Assembly (NCBI RefSeq): GCF_018350175.1
Contig: NC_058368.1
Span: 117,988,001-118,052,000, forward strand
Length of the DNA stretch: 64,000 nucleotides
From: Felis catus
Lineage: Eukaryota
Reading direction: 5' to 3'
A model generated the notes under the pieces. The model saw only the letters and a list, made by a program, of their open reading frames with translations. It did no database searches and was not told the origin of the DNA. Both the position numbers and the translations under genes were made by a program. This document shows positions 49,647 to 63,357 of the stretch, piece by piece (positions within the stretch are counted from its first letter, which is position 1; each line of letters begins with the position of its first letter).

Positions 49647-49965
49647 CATAAATAAACAAAAACATTTTTTTTTAGTTTAACATATGCAGTTACAATGCTC
49701 AATGTCCATTTCATTTCCAAAGAATTAGTATTGGGGTGCCTGGGTGGCTCAGTCAGTTAAACGTCTGACTGTTGATTTTGGCTCAGGTCATGATCTCAGT
49801 TTGTGAGTGGGAGCCCCACATGGAGCCCCACTGTGAGTGCAGAGCCTGCTTGGGATTTTCTCTCTCCCTCTCTCTGCCCCTCCCCCGCTTATGTGGGCAT
49901 GCACACGCACATGCGCTCTCACTGTTACAAAGTAAGTAAATTTTTAAAAATAAAATAAAAATATG
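49411..49965 (+). mobile_element. Two CAN-SINEs (49411-49668 with long (CT)n; 49733-49965)
   Basis: Two heads, CT tracts and A tails. Confidence 0.93.
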
Positions 49966-50617
49966 AAAATAAAAATTAATATTATGCCTCATGCATGTTC
50001 TCTTTCATATGTATGTGAGACACACATACATGCAGTATGATGTACTTTCGCAAAATGTTCCTTAACCACCATGTGGTTAGCTCTGATTTGTGATTACCTG
50101 TGGAACCATGAATAGGAACAGAAGCAAGAAAATGGGTATTCAGGACTCCTGAGTTTCTATACTTCCTTATACAAGAATGTGCTGCCTTTGTGTTGAGAGG
50201 AAGGACCCAAGGAGATCATTTGTCTTTTGTCTTCCCGAAGCGCTCCTGGCACTCAGATCCTCCCCCCACATTCATAGCAGCGTTGGTTTCCCATGGTGGC
50301 CAAAGCACAATCCACAACTTTCTCATTTGGGATGCATCCACCTTTTTTTTTTTTTTGGCGGATATAGGCAAGAGATATGACATGTTGCTTTGGCATCTGG
50401 ATGGTGTTAGCCCTCACAGCAGATGTTGAGGGTTATAAGTCATGCTGTGTGACCCTCAGGGACAGAGGCACCCATATAGTCTTTAACTTGATATGTGTGT
50501 TGGTGATGAGATCCTCTAAAGCATGGGGTTTAGTGCAGGGGCCTCTCTTGACTGGTTCTAAGGGTAGTACTGTGTTCCCAGAAGTCCTCAACTGACTTTC
50601 TCTTAAAATTAAAAAAC

Positions 50618-50720
50618 AATTTTCTTTATGTAAGTAAGCTCTACACCCAACATGGGGCTCGAGCTCATGACCTTGATATCCAGAGTCGCACGTTCTTCTG
50701 AGTGAGCCACCCAGGTGCCC
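50618..50720 (-). mobile_element. Short older carnivore SINE
   Basis: gtaagctctacacccaacatggggctcgagctcatgacc...gagccacccaggtgccc; TSD ttctcttaaa. Confidence 0.85.
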
Positions 50721-51029
50721 ATTCTCCTTCTCTTAAATTCGACTGTCCAGGATTAATCACTGGCAAAAGGAAGATGGGTTTCTATAGCTTACTGATACCG
50801 GTCAGGATGCACTCCCTGGAATGAGCACGTGGCCTCTGAACAGAACTTGCTTTCTGTTAGGAAGAAGGGAGATAGCTGGGTATTCAACCAATATGTCCTC
50901 AATTATTATTCCCATTTTTTTCTGAAAGGGAAATTGAAGTTTAGAAAGGTTAAAGTCACACACCTGGAAAAGGATGGAACTGTGGTTGGAACTCCGGAAG
51001 CCTGACTTGGGATGTGTTTTGAACCATTC

Positions 51030-52100
51030 TCCCTACTGCTTCCCATGGCTGATGAGCCTTGTTGGAGAGTGAGGAAGTAAAGAGGTCTGGGAGAAACATT
51101 CCACACAGAGGTGCAAGACCAGAGGGAGGCAAGAGAAGACATGATATAGCTGAGGATTGAAAGGTATTACGAGAACTGTGAGCATGTTGTATGAAGGGGG
51201 GCTTTGGAGGCTAAGGCTGGAGAACAGATGCAGCCAGGGCTGTTGGGTGGAGATAGGAGGTGGCAGGATGAGAAGCAGGCATGGGTCAGGAGGTAGTTGA
51301 AAGATTGCAGTAGGGCAGACATAGTGATAACTGAAATAGCGGAGGGAGAAGGAAATGTATGCAATCAGAAGATATTTAGAAAGCAGAATTGATAAGATTT
51401 GAGGATGTACAGGTGCAGGAGAAGGGAAAATCAAGAATGACACCTGAGTTTTTGTCTTGGAACTGGGTTGGTGGAGAGTCATTCAGATACAGAAAACAGG
51501 AGGTGGTGCCAGGCAAGGTGGTGAAGGAGAATGAGTCCACCTTTTTTTTTTTTTTCAAGTGTGATATTGAACATGTTGAGTTCAAGGACATATAGTGGAG
51601 CTGTCCTATGGACCTTAGAGTCTGAAACTCAGGATAGAAGTCTATGCTAGAGAGATGTGGGCTTCTTCATATACAACCTGTGGATTCCACCGTAGGTGAA
51701 TGTGTAACACGTGAAAAGCAAGTCTAGAACAAGCCTCAGAATCCCAGTATGTAAAGAAAGGGGGCCCACAGAAGCAAGTGGGAAGTTGCTGCCTCCATTA
51801 GAAGCCAGGAGAATTTGGTGTTACTAAAGCCAAGGAAAGATGGCTTGAAGGAGGGAAAGGTAAGGCCTGGGAAATGAGTGCCAAGGTAATGAAGGATTGT
51901 GGTGAGGGGTGGGTCCTAGAGTGGCCACCGCCTGAGAGCAGCCAGGTGGCAGGACTCTGGGATGTGGGGAGGTAGAGGGGATGTGGATGGAAGGTAGTGG
52001 TAGGTATAGAGCTATGGGAGGATCCAAGGAGGTTTAAAAAGAAAAAAACAGGAAAGCCTTGAGCGTGTTGAATTCCTGATGAGAAATAGACTTCTGGTAG
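51030..52100 (-). mobile_element. L2 ORF2 (reverse transcriptase region) relic
   Basis: Minus-strand ORF fragments contain KNSGVILDF (compare L2 KNLGVILD) and a SLGF-like segment; many stops and frameshifts. Confidence 0.8.
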
Positions 52101-52429
52101 ACCGCAGTTACAGATACAGAGAAGAGGTGAGTAATGAATAGCACAAAGTCGTGCAGAGGGGTTAGGAGGGGGTGGGATCCAGGGCTCAGATGGGGAGGGT
52201 ACTCTGTCCCAGGGAAGGATGTGGCTCTCTTTGGAACAGGTGGGGAGGAGGCAAAGGAGGATGTACACGTGGGAAAGTGTGTGGCACCAAGAATTTGAGT
52301 TTCCTTTTGGATGGTTCCTTTGCTTTGTAAGGCAGCAGAAAGAAAAGAGGAGGCGGTGGGTCAGATGGTTGGGAAAGCTGAGCTCTGAATCGTGGCCTGT
52401 AAAGAGAACTGACTGGGGAGCAGGAGCAG

Positions 52430-52892
52430 CTCTACCGTGGGCCGCTTGCATGGCCACACATGTCTCCAGTTTAGAGGGGTTTTGTGTTTTGTTTAACACT
52501 CTGCTGCCACGGCCTTGAAATTATTATTTTCTAAAGTTTATTTATTTTCAGAGTTGAAGAGAGAGAGAATTTGACTAGTTTAGGAGCAGAGAGAGAATCC
52601 CAAGCAGGCTCCACACTGTCAGTACAAGAGACTGAAGCAGGGCTCGAACCCACCAACTGTGAGATCATGACCTGAGCCGAAATCAAGAGTCAGATGCTTA
52701 ACTGAGCCACTCAGACGCCCCCTTGAAATTCTTAATTTATCTAATGAAGAGCCCCTCATTTTCATTTTCTTTTCTTTTTTTTTTTTTTTTTTTGGTGGAA
52801 ATATATCCCATGTAATACTTGGGACACACATGGAAAATGACTCATTGTGCATGTGAAATTCAGATTCCATTATATTTTGTCTGGTGACCTTA
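52430..52892. mobile_element. MER45A-like MITE split by a CAN-SINE (52523-52720, minus), then MER53-like fragment (52800-52892)
   Basis: gtttaacactctgctgcc...ccttgaaatt|SINE|cttaat...cattttcatttt; SINE TSD ccttgaaatt; tcccatgtaatacttgggaca...tctggtgacct. Confidence 0.7.
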
Positions 52893-53655
52893 ACTGCAAC
52901 TGGGAAATTATGTGGCTGGTCCTGCTGGAAGGCCTAGGATGACAGTGAGGTGGTGTCACAGGCCCCCGGAGGTTTCCTCTGTGAAGCACCCAGTGGTGGT
53001 GTGTGTGGAGACCTGTTTGGTCTGGAGACCTGGTGGGTTTGTGGTGGCTGTTACTTATGAGGCTGGGCAGCAGTCTTCCCAGGTCCCTGCCACCTGCATG
53101 TCCGTGTGGAGAAGGCAGACGGTGCGGGATGCCTAGATTCGATAATTTACCGTGTCCCTTGGGTGAAACCCAAAGGCTTTACCTTGGTTTGTGAGGTTCT
53201 GTCTTCCCTCCCCTTTCAACTCCCACCAGGCTGTTCGTACTGCAGCCTCTGGTCAGCTTGCTGCTCCTCAAACACTCCAAGCAGGTTTAGCCCCTGGCTG
53301 CCACTGTGGCATTCCTTCTGCCTGGAATGTTCTTCCTGCAGGTAACCCCAAGGCTCATGGTCCTTATTCCCTCAGGGTCTCCCAGAGACTTTCCCTGACC
53401 GCTTTTTTACAAAGCATCACCACCTCCACCTTTTGTACTGTTCCCTTTTGACTTCTGTCATTTCTCACTGCCTGATATACATTTATTTTGTGTCTGCATT
53501 AAAATAAAAGCACCATGAGAATAAAGACTTTATCTTGCTTACTACCCCTGTTCCTAGGCCTAAAAATTTGTTGAACTAATACATAAAATAATGTTATATC
53601 TTACCAGCATTTTAGGTCAAGCTTTTATAGGTGAATTTTTAAAAATCTTTGTGTA

Positions 53656-53866
53656 GGGGCACCTGGGTGGCTCAGTCAGTTAAGCCTCCGACTTGGGCTC
53701 AGGTCATGATCTCGCAGTTTGTGAGTTCGAGCCCCGCGTCGGGCTCTGTGCTGACAGCTCAGAGCCTGGAGCCTGCTTCAGATCCTTTGTCTCCCTCTCT
53801 TTCTGCCCCTCCCCTGCTCATGCTCTGTCTCTCTCTGTCTCTCAAAAATAAATGTTTAAGAAAAAG
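53656..53866 (+). mobile_element. CAN-SINE
   Basis: TSD aaaatctt(t/g)gtgta. Confidence 0.95.
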
Positions 53867-53879
53867 TAAAATCTTGGTG

Positions 53880-54230
53880 TATATGTATCAATGATGCTCA
53901 ACAATCAAAGGAATGAACTGATAGGTGCACCAACATACATGAATCTCAGGTACATTATGGTAAGTGAAAAAGACTCAAAAGGCTGCACACTGGGTAACTT
54001 CATGATATTCTGGAAAAGGCATACTAAGAAGGTCATAAAACACATCAGAAGTTGCCAGTGGCTGGGAATGGGGGGAGGGATTGGCACAAAGCACTTGTTT
54101 GGGGTGATGGAAATGTTCTATATTTTGACTGTGGTGATGGGTACACAGCTCTGTGCATTTACTACAATTCGTGGAACTCTTTACAACAACGGGTGACTCC
54201 TGTACGTAAGTCATACCTCAGTAAACTTAA
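53880..54230 (+). mobile_element. L1MC/MD-like 3' UTR fragment
   Basis: atgaatctcagg...cattatg...ggggtgatggaaatgttctatattttgactgtggtgatgg. Confidence 0.75.
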
Positions 54231-56254
54231 CATTGTTCTCAACATGGGTTTTTGTTACAGTATTCGGGCATTTCTTGTGTGAGTTAGCTAGAGATCCATT
54301 TTGCCTGGTGGCAAAGTGACCCCAGCCCTCTGGTGTCACTCATGTGTACTGCTGCCATTGAATGCCTGTGCCAAGGAACTGGTTTGTTCTTCAAGACAGA
54401 GAGAGATTTGTTTGGGTGGAAATGTGTTGTTGATTTCATTCCCAGGATCTCCCACTCCCTTCTAGGAAGAGAACACCTTTTCCTGTGTAGTTGGGTGGGG
54501 CTGACCTTTGCCCTGTGTCCCTAGGAGTGGTTATGTGATCTGAGCAATTTGAGTCCTATCTGGCACTGTGCTGCCAGAACTCTGGAGGAAGATGGTCTAT
54601 TTTTGTGGGGGTTGGTAGGATGTGAGTGTGAGGCTTTTAGTGGGTATCTTGTTCACCAAATGGAGAAAATAGAACAGATCGGGCACTGGTATTTGAGCCC
54701 CTGAATCTAGCCGTGCCTGAAGTTAAATATCTACCTGGGACTCCCCAGTGACATAAGCTAATGAATTCCATTTTCCCTCCACTTAAGTCAGGCCAACTTT
54801 GGTGGCTTCTATCAATCACAGCTGAGCAAGTTCTGACTCACAGTATTCTGGTTGAAAATGAGAAGTTCTTGACCTATGCAGTGATAGGAGATTAGACCAC
54901 TTTAACTGAATTAATGAGTTGTGAGAGGAAGTTCTATTTTCTCCGAACCTTTTTATTATGGAAGCACAAGTACAGAGGGCTGAGATGGGGATGAACGAGG
55001 GAGATTGAAGGGTGAGTGGCAGGCATCCCCCTGGATAAATGGGGCTGGGGACGCTAGGATGTCATTCCCTCCCAGTTGGGGTTCCCTGGCTGGCTGAGGA
55101 GGGCCTGGAGTCAGCAGGCAGAGGGATTAGGGGAGCCCAGCACTGTAAGCCAGCTCCAGGCTCTTGACTTCAACTTTGTACACCTCATTACTGATGGCTT
55201 GCTCACCCCAGGGCTTGTGAGACCCTCATCAGAGGGGACAGCCTCCTTTGGCGACACTTTGATGAAAACGATCAACCATCTATAGCTTCATTTGCTCAAA
55301 GGTAAAAGGCTGGGCTAGACAGGGGCTTGAGAATCACTCAGTGTCTCTTGTAGACTTGGGCTTTGATCTGACCTTTGCATGAATGGCAGGTGACAGATCA
55401 TTTTGGGTAAAAGGACGAGAGGAAGCATAAAAGTAGGGCCTAGGGACTGAAACTTGGTTAGGGGTCAAAGATGGCAGTGTGGAAGGAAATTTCTGAATGC
55501 TAGCCTGGGCGCAGGGCCTGGGGCAGGCTTCTGGCTAGAGTTGTTAAGTGCCTTTCACGAACTGGAAAGAAGGAAAGACCCCCCTTTTCAAAAATGTCTT
55601 TCTTTTTAAAAATAATGTAGAGTTTTTCTGAATACAAAGTAATCATCTGTTTAAGAATTTTGAAATACAGAAAAGTACACATAAGGAAACAAAACCACCT
55701 GTGATCATGATACTTCCAGAGATAACACTGGTAGGATTTTTGTCTCTTTCCAGTATTGATTTTAGTACCCTTGTGTGTATTTTAAATATATGAGAGATGG
55801 CCTATAAATAAAATTTGACTTTACTCTGTATATAGATTTAGAATCTGCGTTTTTTCACTTAATGTATGATAGAAGCATTTTCCTATATATTTTTACATCT
55901 CTTTTTACAGCCTGATTTTTAATTGTTATATTCCACATTTAGATGTATTCCTTTTATTGGATAGAAGACTGTTTCTAATTTTTTAGGATTATAAAGCAAT
56001 ATTGTGGTTAAATCCTTACAGATATCTTTGTGCACATCCTTAAATAATTTTGTAGGACAGAGCTTTAGAAGTGGAATGGGCTTAGAAGTCAAATGGGATG
56101 TCCACATAAGAATTTTTGTCTTTATCTGGCCAGGTTACCCCTGTTAAGTTAGGTGGTGCGTGGAGATTCAGAATTCTCAATATCTGGCCCTTGCTGGATA
56201 TTGCTGAATTTTTAGGAACTTGCCAGTTGATATGTGGGAAAAGCTTTTTCTGTT

Positions 56255-56490
56255 TTGTTTTATTTTTTTCAAATGTTTATTTATTTTTTTGTGTGTGAGA
56301 GGGAGAGTGCATGCACGCACACGCAGGGCACAGGCAGGGGAGTGGCAGAGAGAGACAGGGACAGAGGATCTGAAGCAGGCTCTGCCCTAACAGCACAGAG
56401 GCCAAGGCGGGACTTGAAGTCACAAACCATGAAATCATGACCTGAGCTGAAGTTGGATGCTCAACCGACTGAGCTACCCAGGCGGACCCC
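56255..56490 (-). mobile_element. CAN-SINE within an old antisense L1M fragment
   Basis: Head ...gactgagctacccaggcgg, body and T tail. Confidence 0.9.
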
Positions 56491-57859
56491 TCAATTTTAT
56501 TTTAATATGCCTTTTTTCTGGTTACAATAAGGCTGAACTTTTTTTTTCCATAGAATTAATAGCTGTGTGTGTGTGTGTGTTTACTGATTTATAGGGATTC
56601 TGTTTATAGTAAAAATATTAGCCCTTTGTGGGTACTGATATATTTTTAAGACTGTGGGGAAATGTTTTAATAATAGATCTTTTATTGAGGTCAAGGTAGA
56701 ATGCTTGATTGGCTGGGGTGGGGGTGGTTGGAAATCTGATGCTGCCTACCCCCTTTTGTATACAGTATAAATCTAGAGGTATAATGTATCTCAGGATGTT
56801 AAGACGTCCTAGAGCACAGCCTGGCCATTACCTTTGTTTCACAGACAGTTCTGTTTTCAGCCAGAGAGGGGGAACTGGCTCAACCCCCCAAAGCTGGCTA
56901 TGTGCCGCAGCTCCAGTTTGGATGCCCTGGGCTTTCTGTGTCTTCTCTCCCAGGCTTCTAAATCCTCCTTGTAGGCATCTGGTGCCTGCAAGCTGGTTTT
57001 ATACAAGCCACTCTACTAGAAAGCAAAATCTATTTGAAAGCTGTTTCAGGTTTTTCCAGAACTTCCAGTTTTTTAGAATCCACCTGTTCCCTTTGCCCCC
57101 AGCAATTAACATTTGAATTTCTCAATCTGCAGCTTCCTTTGTACAGTGCAGTGACTGAGTCCAAAGGGACCTTCCGCCAGGGGTTTTAGTTCCCTGGGAG
57201 AGGGCTGTGGAGCCCTTCCTCTGACCTGGGGCCAGCCTCCCCAGGAGAGCTCCTTCTGCACACTCCTGCGAAGCAGCAGCAGGTCGCTGAGGATGTGGAT
57301 TCTCTCCACCTCTCAGAGGTTCTTTCATATAAATATGTTCATACAATTTTCTCCTGCTGCTCTTTTTCCTGCAAGAGTGAAGTTAGAGGCTTCGGTTGCT
57401 AAATATAGCTCTTGCTGACGCACTGGCTCTCTCCTAGCAGTCTCCTCGGGTCTCAGTGTTGCTCTTACCCTCCCTCTTTTGCTGGTAGACGAACACCATC
57501 ACATCCTACATAATACTTAGCTCTGAGGCGTTTCCAGATGGGAAATGCATTTCTTTATTTTCATAGCTGTGTTCTCGGTGTGAATGGACTGTCGTGAAGG
57601 TGGGGGCTGGCAGCCCGGGGCGGGGGGGGGGTGTGTGGGGGGTGTGGGACCCGGTAGGGGGCTGGCAGCCAGCCTATGAGAAGCAGAGATCCCTAGGGTG
57701 GTGACAGGGAAACCAGTGCAGTTCTTGCCATAGGTTTTCTTGCCGTCGGGAAGAGAGCGCGGTGGCTCTTTGGGGAGATCTGGGGGTGGTATTTGACTGG
57801 GATGTGAATGGAGAGTTTTCACAAAGGGGAAACCCTCCTTGAAGCAAGCCTTAGTATAT

Positions 57860-58745
57860 TGTTAAAGAAAATTATTCTGACACTTGTTAAAATGAGGCAG
57901 ATTTTATTCAGGGTATTACAGTAGGAGAGAAACGGGGCTCAGCTTGGAATACAGCAAGGACAAGTGCGGATTTATCACCAAAGAGCAGAATGAGAGGCTC
58001 GCGGAATGGAGAATGGATAAAAGGAGAGATCCTGGGTAGGGGGACTTACACATCAAAGTTAGGGGAGTCTCTCTAAACTGATGTAGCAGATTCTGGCCAA
58101 GACTGGGCTGTGCAGGCCCAGAAGTTTGGAGGCAAAGTCAAGGCCTGGTGGAGAAGAGGGCTCAGAGAAGCCTGACTCAAGTTCGATCAAGGAGAGCATC
58201 TTTGTCAGTCCCTCCTGTGTTCAAGGACAGAAGAGACCCTTTTCTTTCTTCAGAACGATCTAAGTGCATTTCTTGTTTGGTTGCCTTTTGTTCATTGAGT
58301 ACCAGCAGAACCATCTGTTGGACTTGGTAGCAGAGGACATTTGCTGGATGGTGCAAACTGTCGGATGTTTAAATGACGGGGACTCATGCTCTGCAATGGT
58401 GAGGGGTCCTTTGATGTTTTTATCCAGCCTTCCAGCTTCAGCCTGCAGAGTTTCTTTAGATCTTGGTGGGGGAACTGATAATAAGGAACTGATCAGTCAG
58501 GCTGTAGTTCTCAGTGAAGCCAGGTCAGGAGAGCGGGAGGAAAATTGGAAACAATAAGAATTGAGAGCTGGGTAAGGAGTGAGAAAATGTGCAACATGGC
58601 AGGCTGAAGTCCAGTTGGACAGGTGGGTAACACAGTAAAAACTAATTTACGAAGAGGTGAAAAATAGCTCAAGGACAATGAACCAGACCAGAATTTGATA
58701 CCCACAGGGCTGTGCTATAGTTTCCTATTGAAACGTACAATTTCT
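57860..58745 (-). mobile_element. MER31-like ERV1 3' LTR (57860-58207) with polypurine tract and adjacent internal sequence
   Basis: RC LTR begins TGACAAAGA...ccttgatcgaacttgagtcaggcttctctgagccctcttctc, preceded by PPT-like acaggagggac; the upstream sequence resembles MER4-group internal DNA. Confidence 0.72.
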
Positions 58746-59399
58746 ACAGCATCTAGCCCTGGTCACTGGGTGGGTTTGTTGGAATGTCACCATGGAAGGT
58801 AGCCTGGTGTCACGCAGGCCTGGCTTCAAATCCCTGCACCAGCTGTGAGATGGTGAGCAAATTGGTTTAAGAAATCATGTAATTTGTGCACAGGTGATAC
58901 TGATGGGCAAGTAGAGACCAGAGTTCATGTACTTAAATGGGTTTGGCGCTTATTGGTGCTGGTAGGAGTGGTGCATTGTGCCCTCTCGGCAGAGGAGGGC
59001 TCTTCTATGAGGCAGAGAGGGAGCCTCTGACCTAGACTTCAGTGCCCGCGAGGCAGACCCAGCTGGGAGAAGGGCAAGGCTGGCTGTGGCCAATGGAGGC
59101 TTCTCCAGAGACACCTCTCACCGGCTGCACGTTTCATTGTGCACCAGATGGGTGTGTATTTTGGCACTCCTCACATCTCAGGTAGGTATCCTTCATCCTA
59201 CTGTGCAGATGAGATGGAAGCTTAGAGAAGGTAACCACCGGCTCAAACACACAGGAAGTGGCAAGGCAAGGATTTGAGCCCAGGTCTGACTGGCCCAGAG
59301 CCCATGCTCTCTGCCCTGTTGGGCACCCTTGGTGACCAAGGAGGCAGACCCACACTAGGGGGGAATGCTCGTGGGCAGTGCTGAGGCACAGGGATACAG

Positions 59400-59635
59400 T
59401 GGGTAATGGCATGGGCTTTGAAGTCAGACAGACTGGGGTTCAAATCCTGGCAATGCTACTACTTAGCTGTGTGAGCATGGGAATTAATTTAACCTCTGTG
59501 ATCTTTGTTTCCTCCTCTGTAAAATGAAGGTGCTGTTAACTATGCCAAGAGAGAGTATGAGGATATCATGAGAGAAGGTCTGCAAAAGCTTGGCATAGGC
59601 CCTGGGGTGTGATGAGCATTCAATCAATAGTGGCT
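59400..59635 (+). mobile_element. MIR
   Basis: gggctttgaagtcagacagactggggttcaaatcctggc...tttcctcctctgtaaaatg. Confidence 0.8.
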
Positions 59636-59808
59636 GCTGTGGTGTATATGGGGGTTGCTGGCCTCTTTCTCATTCAGTTGATCCCCTTGTTGGTTTTTGG
59701 GAAGGGCAGACTCTGGAGGGCAAGTCTCAGACATAGGAGTAAACTTGGGCAGAATTGTCAGTCCCGGGGTGTGTCATTGGGAGCTGTTTATCAGAAAGAT
59801 AACCATTG

Positions 59809-60058
59809 AGAGGCACCTGGGTGGCTCATTCAGTTAAGTGTCTGACTGTTGATTTCAGCTCAGGTCATGATCTTGAGATTTGTGAGATTGAGCCCCGCGT
59901 AGCGTCGGGCTCTGTGCTAACAACGCGGAGCCTGTTTGGGACCTCTCTCTTTCTCTCCCCCTCTCTCTGCCCTTCCCCCACTCATTCTCTCTCTCTCTCT
60001 CTCCCTCTCTCTCTCTCTGTTTCTCCCTCTGTCTCAAAATAAACAAACATTAAAAAGA
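59809..60058 (+). mobile_element. CAN-SINE
   Basis: TSD agaaa(g/t)ataaccattga. Confidence 0.94.
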
Positions 60059-61124
60059 AAGAAATATAACCATTGAAGATTGGCAGGACAAGGAGAAGAC
60101 AGGCTGGGTACGATATTCCAGAGTGGTCCAATTCTGGTCTTCCTAGTGACGGTCCAAAAGAAGAGACTAGAATAGGGGTTCATTTGAGCCTAATGGGACC
60201 TCCTGTAGGAACCTAGCCTGGCAGACATGGGCAGGGTCCAGAGTTCTCCTGGGGAAGGAGGGATTGCCTGTGTCCCTGGCAGTCTCCACTTGAACCTTTC
60301 ATATCAGCTTGCCCTACAGTGGTCCTGTTTTTCTAGACCCTTCCCTCTAGAGAAGTGTGCTTGCCACCTCCATAAACCATTGGCTGACACAATCTCAGCA
60401 CCTGCCTCATAAGGATGTGGTAAGGATTCAGTGCTAATGGATGTAATGCTCTTAGACTCAAGCTTTACATGTGAGGAATGCCTACCTTCTCTCTGTGTGT
60501 GGCTCATTAATAATTTGTTGACTCTGGCACCATTTTAGGTTTAGAGGTCAAGTGATAAGCCAACAAACAAAATGTCCACACACTCACAGGGGTCATATTC
60601 TGATGGGGGAGGACAGACAAGAAACATGTAAGCACATAGATTTGAATGCAATATTGGGGAACAGTACAGCAGTGGAATGGGACAGAGGGGTCTTTTGGGG
60701 GTGAGCAGGAAAGTGACCTGTAAGCCCAAACCGTAGTGAAGCAAGGGCTCCAATCATGAGAATGTTGGGGGGTGCATTCCCGGGAAAGGCCCGGGGTGGA
60801 GCTGACCTGGCTGCAGCAGGAAGGCCCATGGGAGTGGGGGAAGGGCTGGGAAATGAGGTCAGGGTGGAAGCTACCAGATGACATTGGCCTTCTCACCATT
60901 TGAACCAGTCATTATTTCCAGATCTCAGGGAGGATTTAGCTCCTCCCTTCCCTGTGTGCATCTTGTGCGCACGCAGCCACTTTGGCAGTAGTCACCTGGG
61001 GTAGGAACGGTTGTCTGTTTTTTCCCCACACCCTGAGCTCATTAGGCCAGGAACCGCTCCTGTCTTGTTTACACCTAGCCCCTAGCATGGAATATGTGCC
61101 TCACACATTTCAAAATGAATTTGA

Positions 61125-61330
61125 GGGGTGCCTGGGTGGCTCAGTCAGTTGAGCGTCTATCTGACTTTTGATTTTGGTTCAGGTCATGATCCCAGGGGCA
61201 TGGGATCGAGTGCCATACTGGGCTCTGTGCTGGGCAATGAGCCTGCTTAAGATTCTCTCTCTCTGACCCTCTGCCCCTCTTCCCTGCTTTGCTCTCTCTC
61301 TCTGTCTAAAATTAAAACAAATAAAAATTT
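61125..61330 (+). mobile_element. CAN-SINE
   Basis: TSD aaa(a/g)tgaattt. Confidence 0.92.
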
Positions 61331-63357
61331 TAAAGTGAATTTTAGTGATGCTGCTGCTCTCTACCCGGGTTTCTGTACACCAGTTACCATGGTAAGCACC
61401 TTATATTTCATCATCCTGTTCCATCAGCCCCTCCTGAGGTGTTGTCGCAATTTTACCCCCAGAAGATACGCACTTAGGGTCTACTGAGGTGGGATTGGAA
61501 GCCGGGACCGGAAGGGCCGTGCTTTCTGCTCTGATAAAGCCTGGGGGTTGGCTGCATTCCGTGGCTTCGTGAGGGGTGTCCGCTGTGACCACTCTTCCCC
61601 GGGATGTGGTGTGCACTCCTGAGGGTCCTGGCATCACTTTGGCTTCGTGGTCCCACAGGAGTCACCTTGAGCCCTGCCTGCCTGTAGCATCGCATAGGGC
61701 CTGTGGGGTACCCTCAGACCTCCTCTCGGCTTCATAATCCACAAATGGAAAAGTGGCACTTAGAACGAATTTATTCAGGTGGGAACTGTGTAAGACATGG
61801 AAATAAGGCTTTTGAGCTGCTGCACATAAACTGGAGTGTAAATGAAAAGCTTTTTATTTGGTTTCTGAGCCAGACTTTGAGAAGCCAGTGGGCCGTGTGG
61901 TCTGGAAGTGCACGTTATGGGCAGTGGGTCGGAACAGGGGCCACTTTGACCGGCGAGGAGGGAGAATCGCTGTTGCACAGCTGGAACGGCCAAGAGGCCA
62001 GGACGTCAATAAACACAGTCGGGACACAGAAAGTCTTTTCCGAAAAGATGGGAGGCGGGGGAGAAGAGGAAAGGCCGTGCCTCACTCCCGGCGTATTTGA
62101 GAAGGAAAATGCTTGAGGTAACCCATGTTGGCAGCTTTTATAGCTTCCTCCCAGTAATGTGCCGGGCAGACCCTGAACAGGCTGGTGTTTTATTTTCATG
62201 TAACGAAGCCGAGTGGACCAGGGGCAGCTCTCCAGCAGTGGCTCGCCTGGGGCTTTGCCGGTGGAGCGAGGCAGGAGTGCTGGGTCCGGCTCCCTGACAC
62301 CGCCCTCCTGCCTGCTGGGTGAGCCCCAGGGAGGGTGGGGGGCTGGATTCCCAGCCTCCCCTTCACGCTCACTCCTTTGGCTTGTCGTGGTCCTTCAATG
62401 GGAGGTCCTCTAGGGTCAGTGCCAAAGAGGGAGGCGGCGGGTGGGGTGGGAAGGCAGCCATTCTGGGAAGAGAGGCACGGGTCTACACTGTCAAAAGCGT
62501 TGCTGCTTGGGAACTGCATAGGAACCATAGCACAGGGAACCCACAGAACAGTCTTTGTGCCTTTGGTTGCCACTTGCCAAGGCACTTTCCATGACTAGAT
62601 TTAACCTGCATTTATAATCTCTTCTCTTTGGTAGTAAGTACCTATGTGTGTGAGGTATATTTGGACATTGGATTACGTGTGTGGTTAAAAATATGTATCT
62701 TTCACATTGGTGACCCGCATGGGCGTGTTTTTTGAGAGCCAGGGGCTAGGGGAAACGCCCAATTAGCTGCTCTGAGATCCTCGGAACTCAGAAAACTCTG
62801 AGGTGCAGGTACAATCTGCTGTTTTATGTTCTTGTTATAGACCCCTTCCTGTATTCTTCCACTTGATTATATGGAAACCAGATGTGTATCTTAAAATTTT
62901 TAGGAAGATCTTTTATCCTAGGAACTTCAGGTTTGTTTTTTAACCCATATTAATTTTGGAAAAATTAGAAAATAGCAAAAGTAAGTAGATAAAAGTCCTG
63001 TGCATTCCCGTCATTCAGGGTGATTGCTGTTGCTGTTTGCGTGTTGATGCTCTTCTAGACTCTATCCTGATGAGTATGTATTAATGTAGAATAAAATCTA
63101 ATAAGTGATGATGGCTTAACATTTCAATGTTACTCTTTGCCCGCACTTTACATGTGTAGACTAATTTAATCCTCAATAATCCAGTTGGTTTTTATTATTA
63201 AACCCATTGTACAGATGAGAAAGTTGAGGCTCACAATGATTAGGTACCTTAAGATTACATAGGTAAGTAGCCATGCTGGGACCTGAACCCCGGCAACCTG
63301 GTTCCATGGCCTATGCTCTTAGCTACACATTACACTGACTTGCAAAAGAAAAGGATA

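Noticed and set aside
51798..52499. 233-aa minus-strand ORF, the longest in the window
   Set aside because: It overlaps a decayed L2 and a MER45A-like MITE; a chance open frame.
45010..58207. Two same-orientation MER31-like LTRs about 12.5 kb apart as one provirus
   Set aside because: The right LTR has its PPT and internal sequence on the outer side, so it is a 3' LTR. The two are strongly diverged, and no ERV internal sequence is evident between them.
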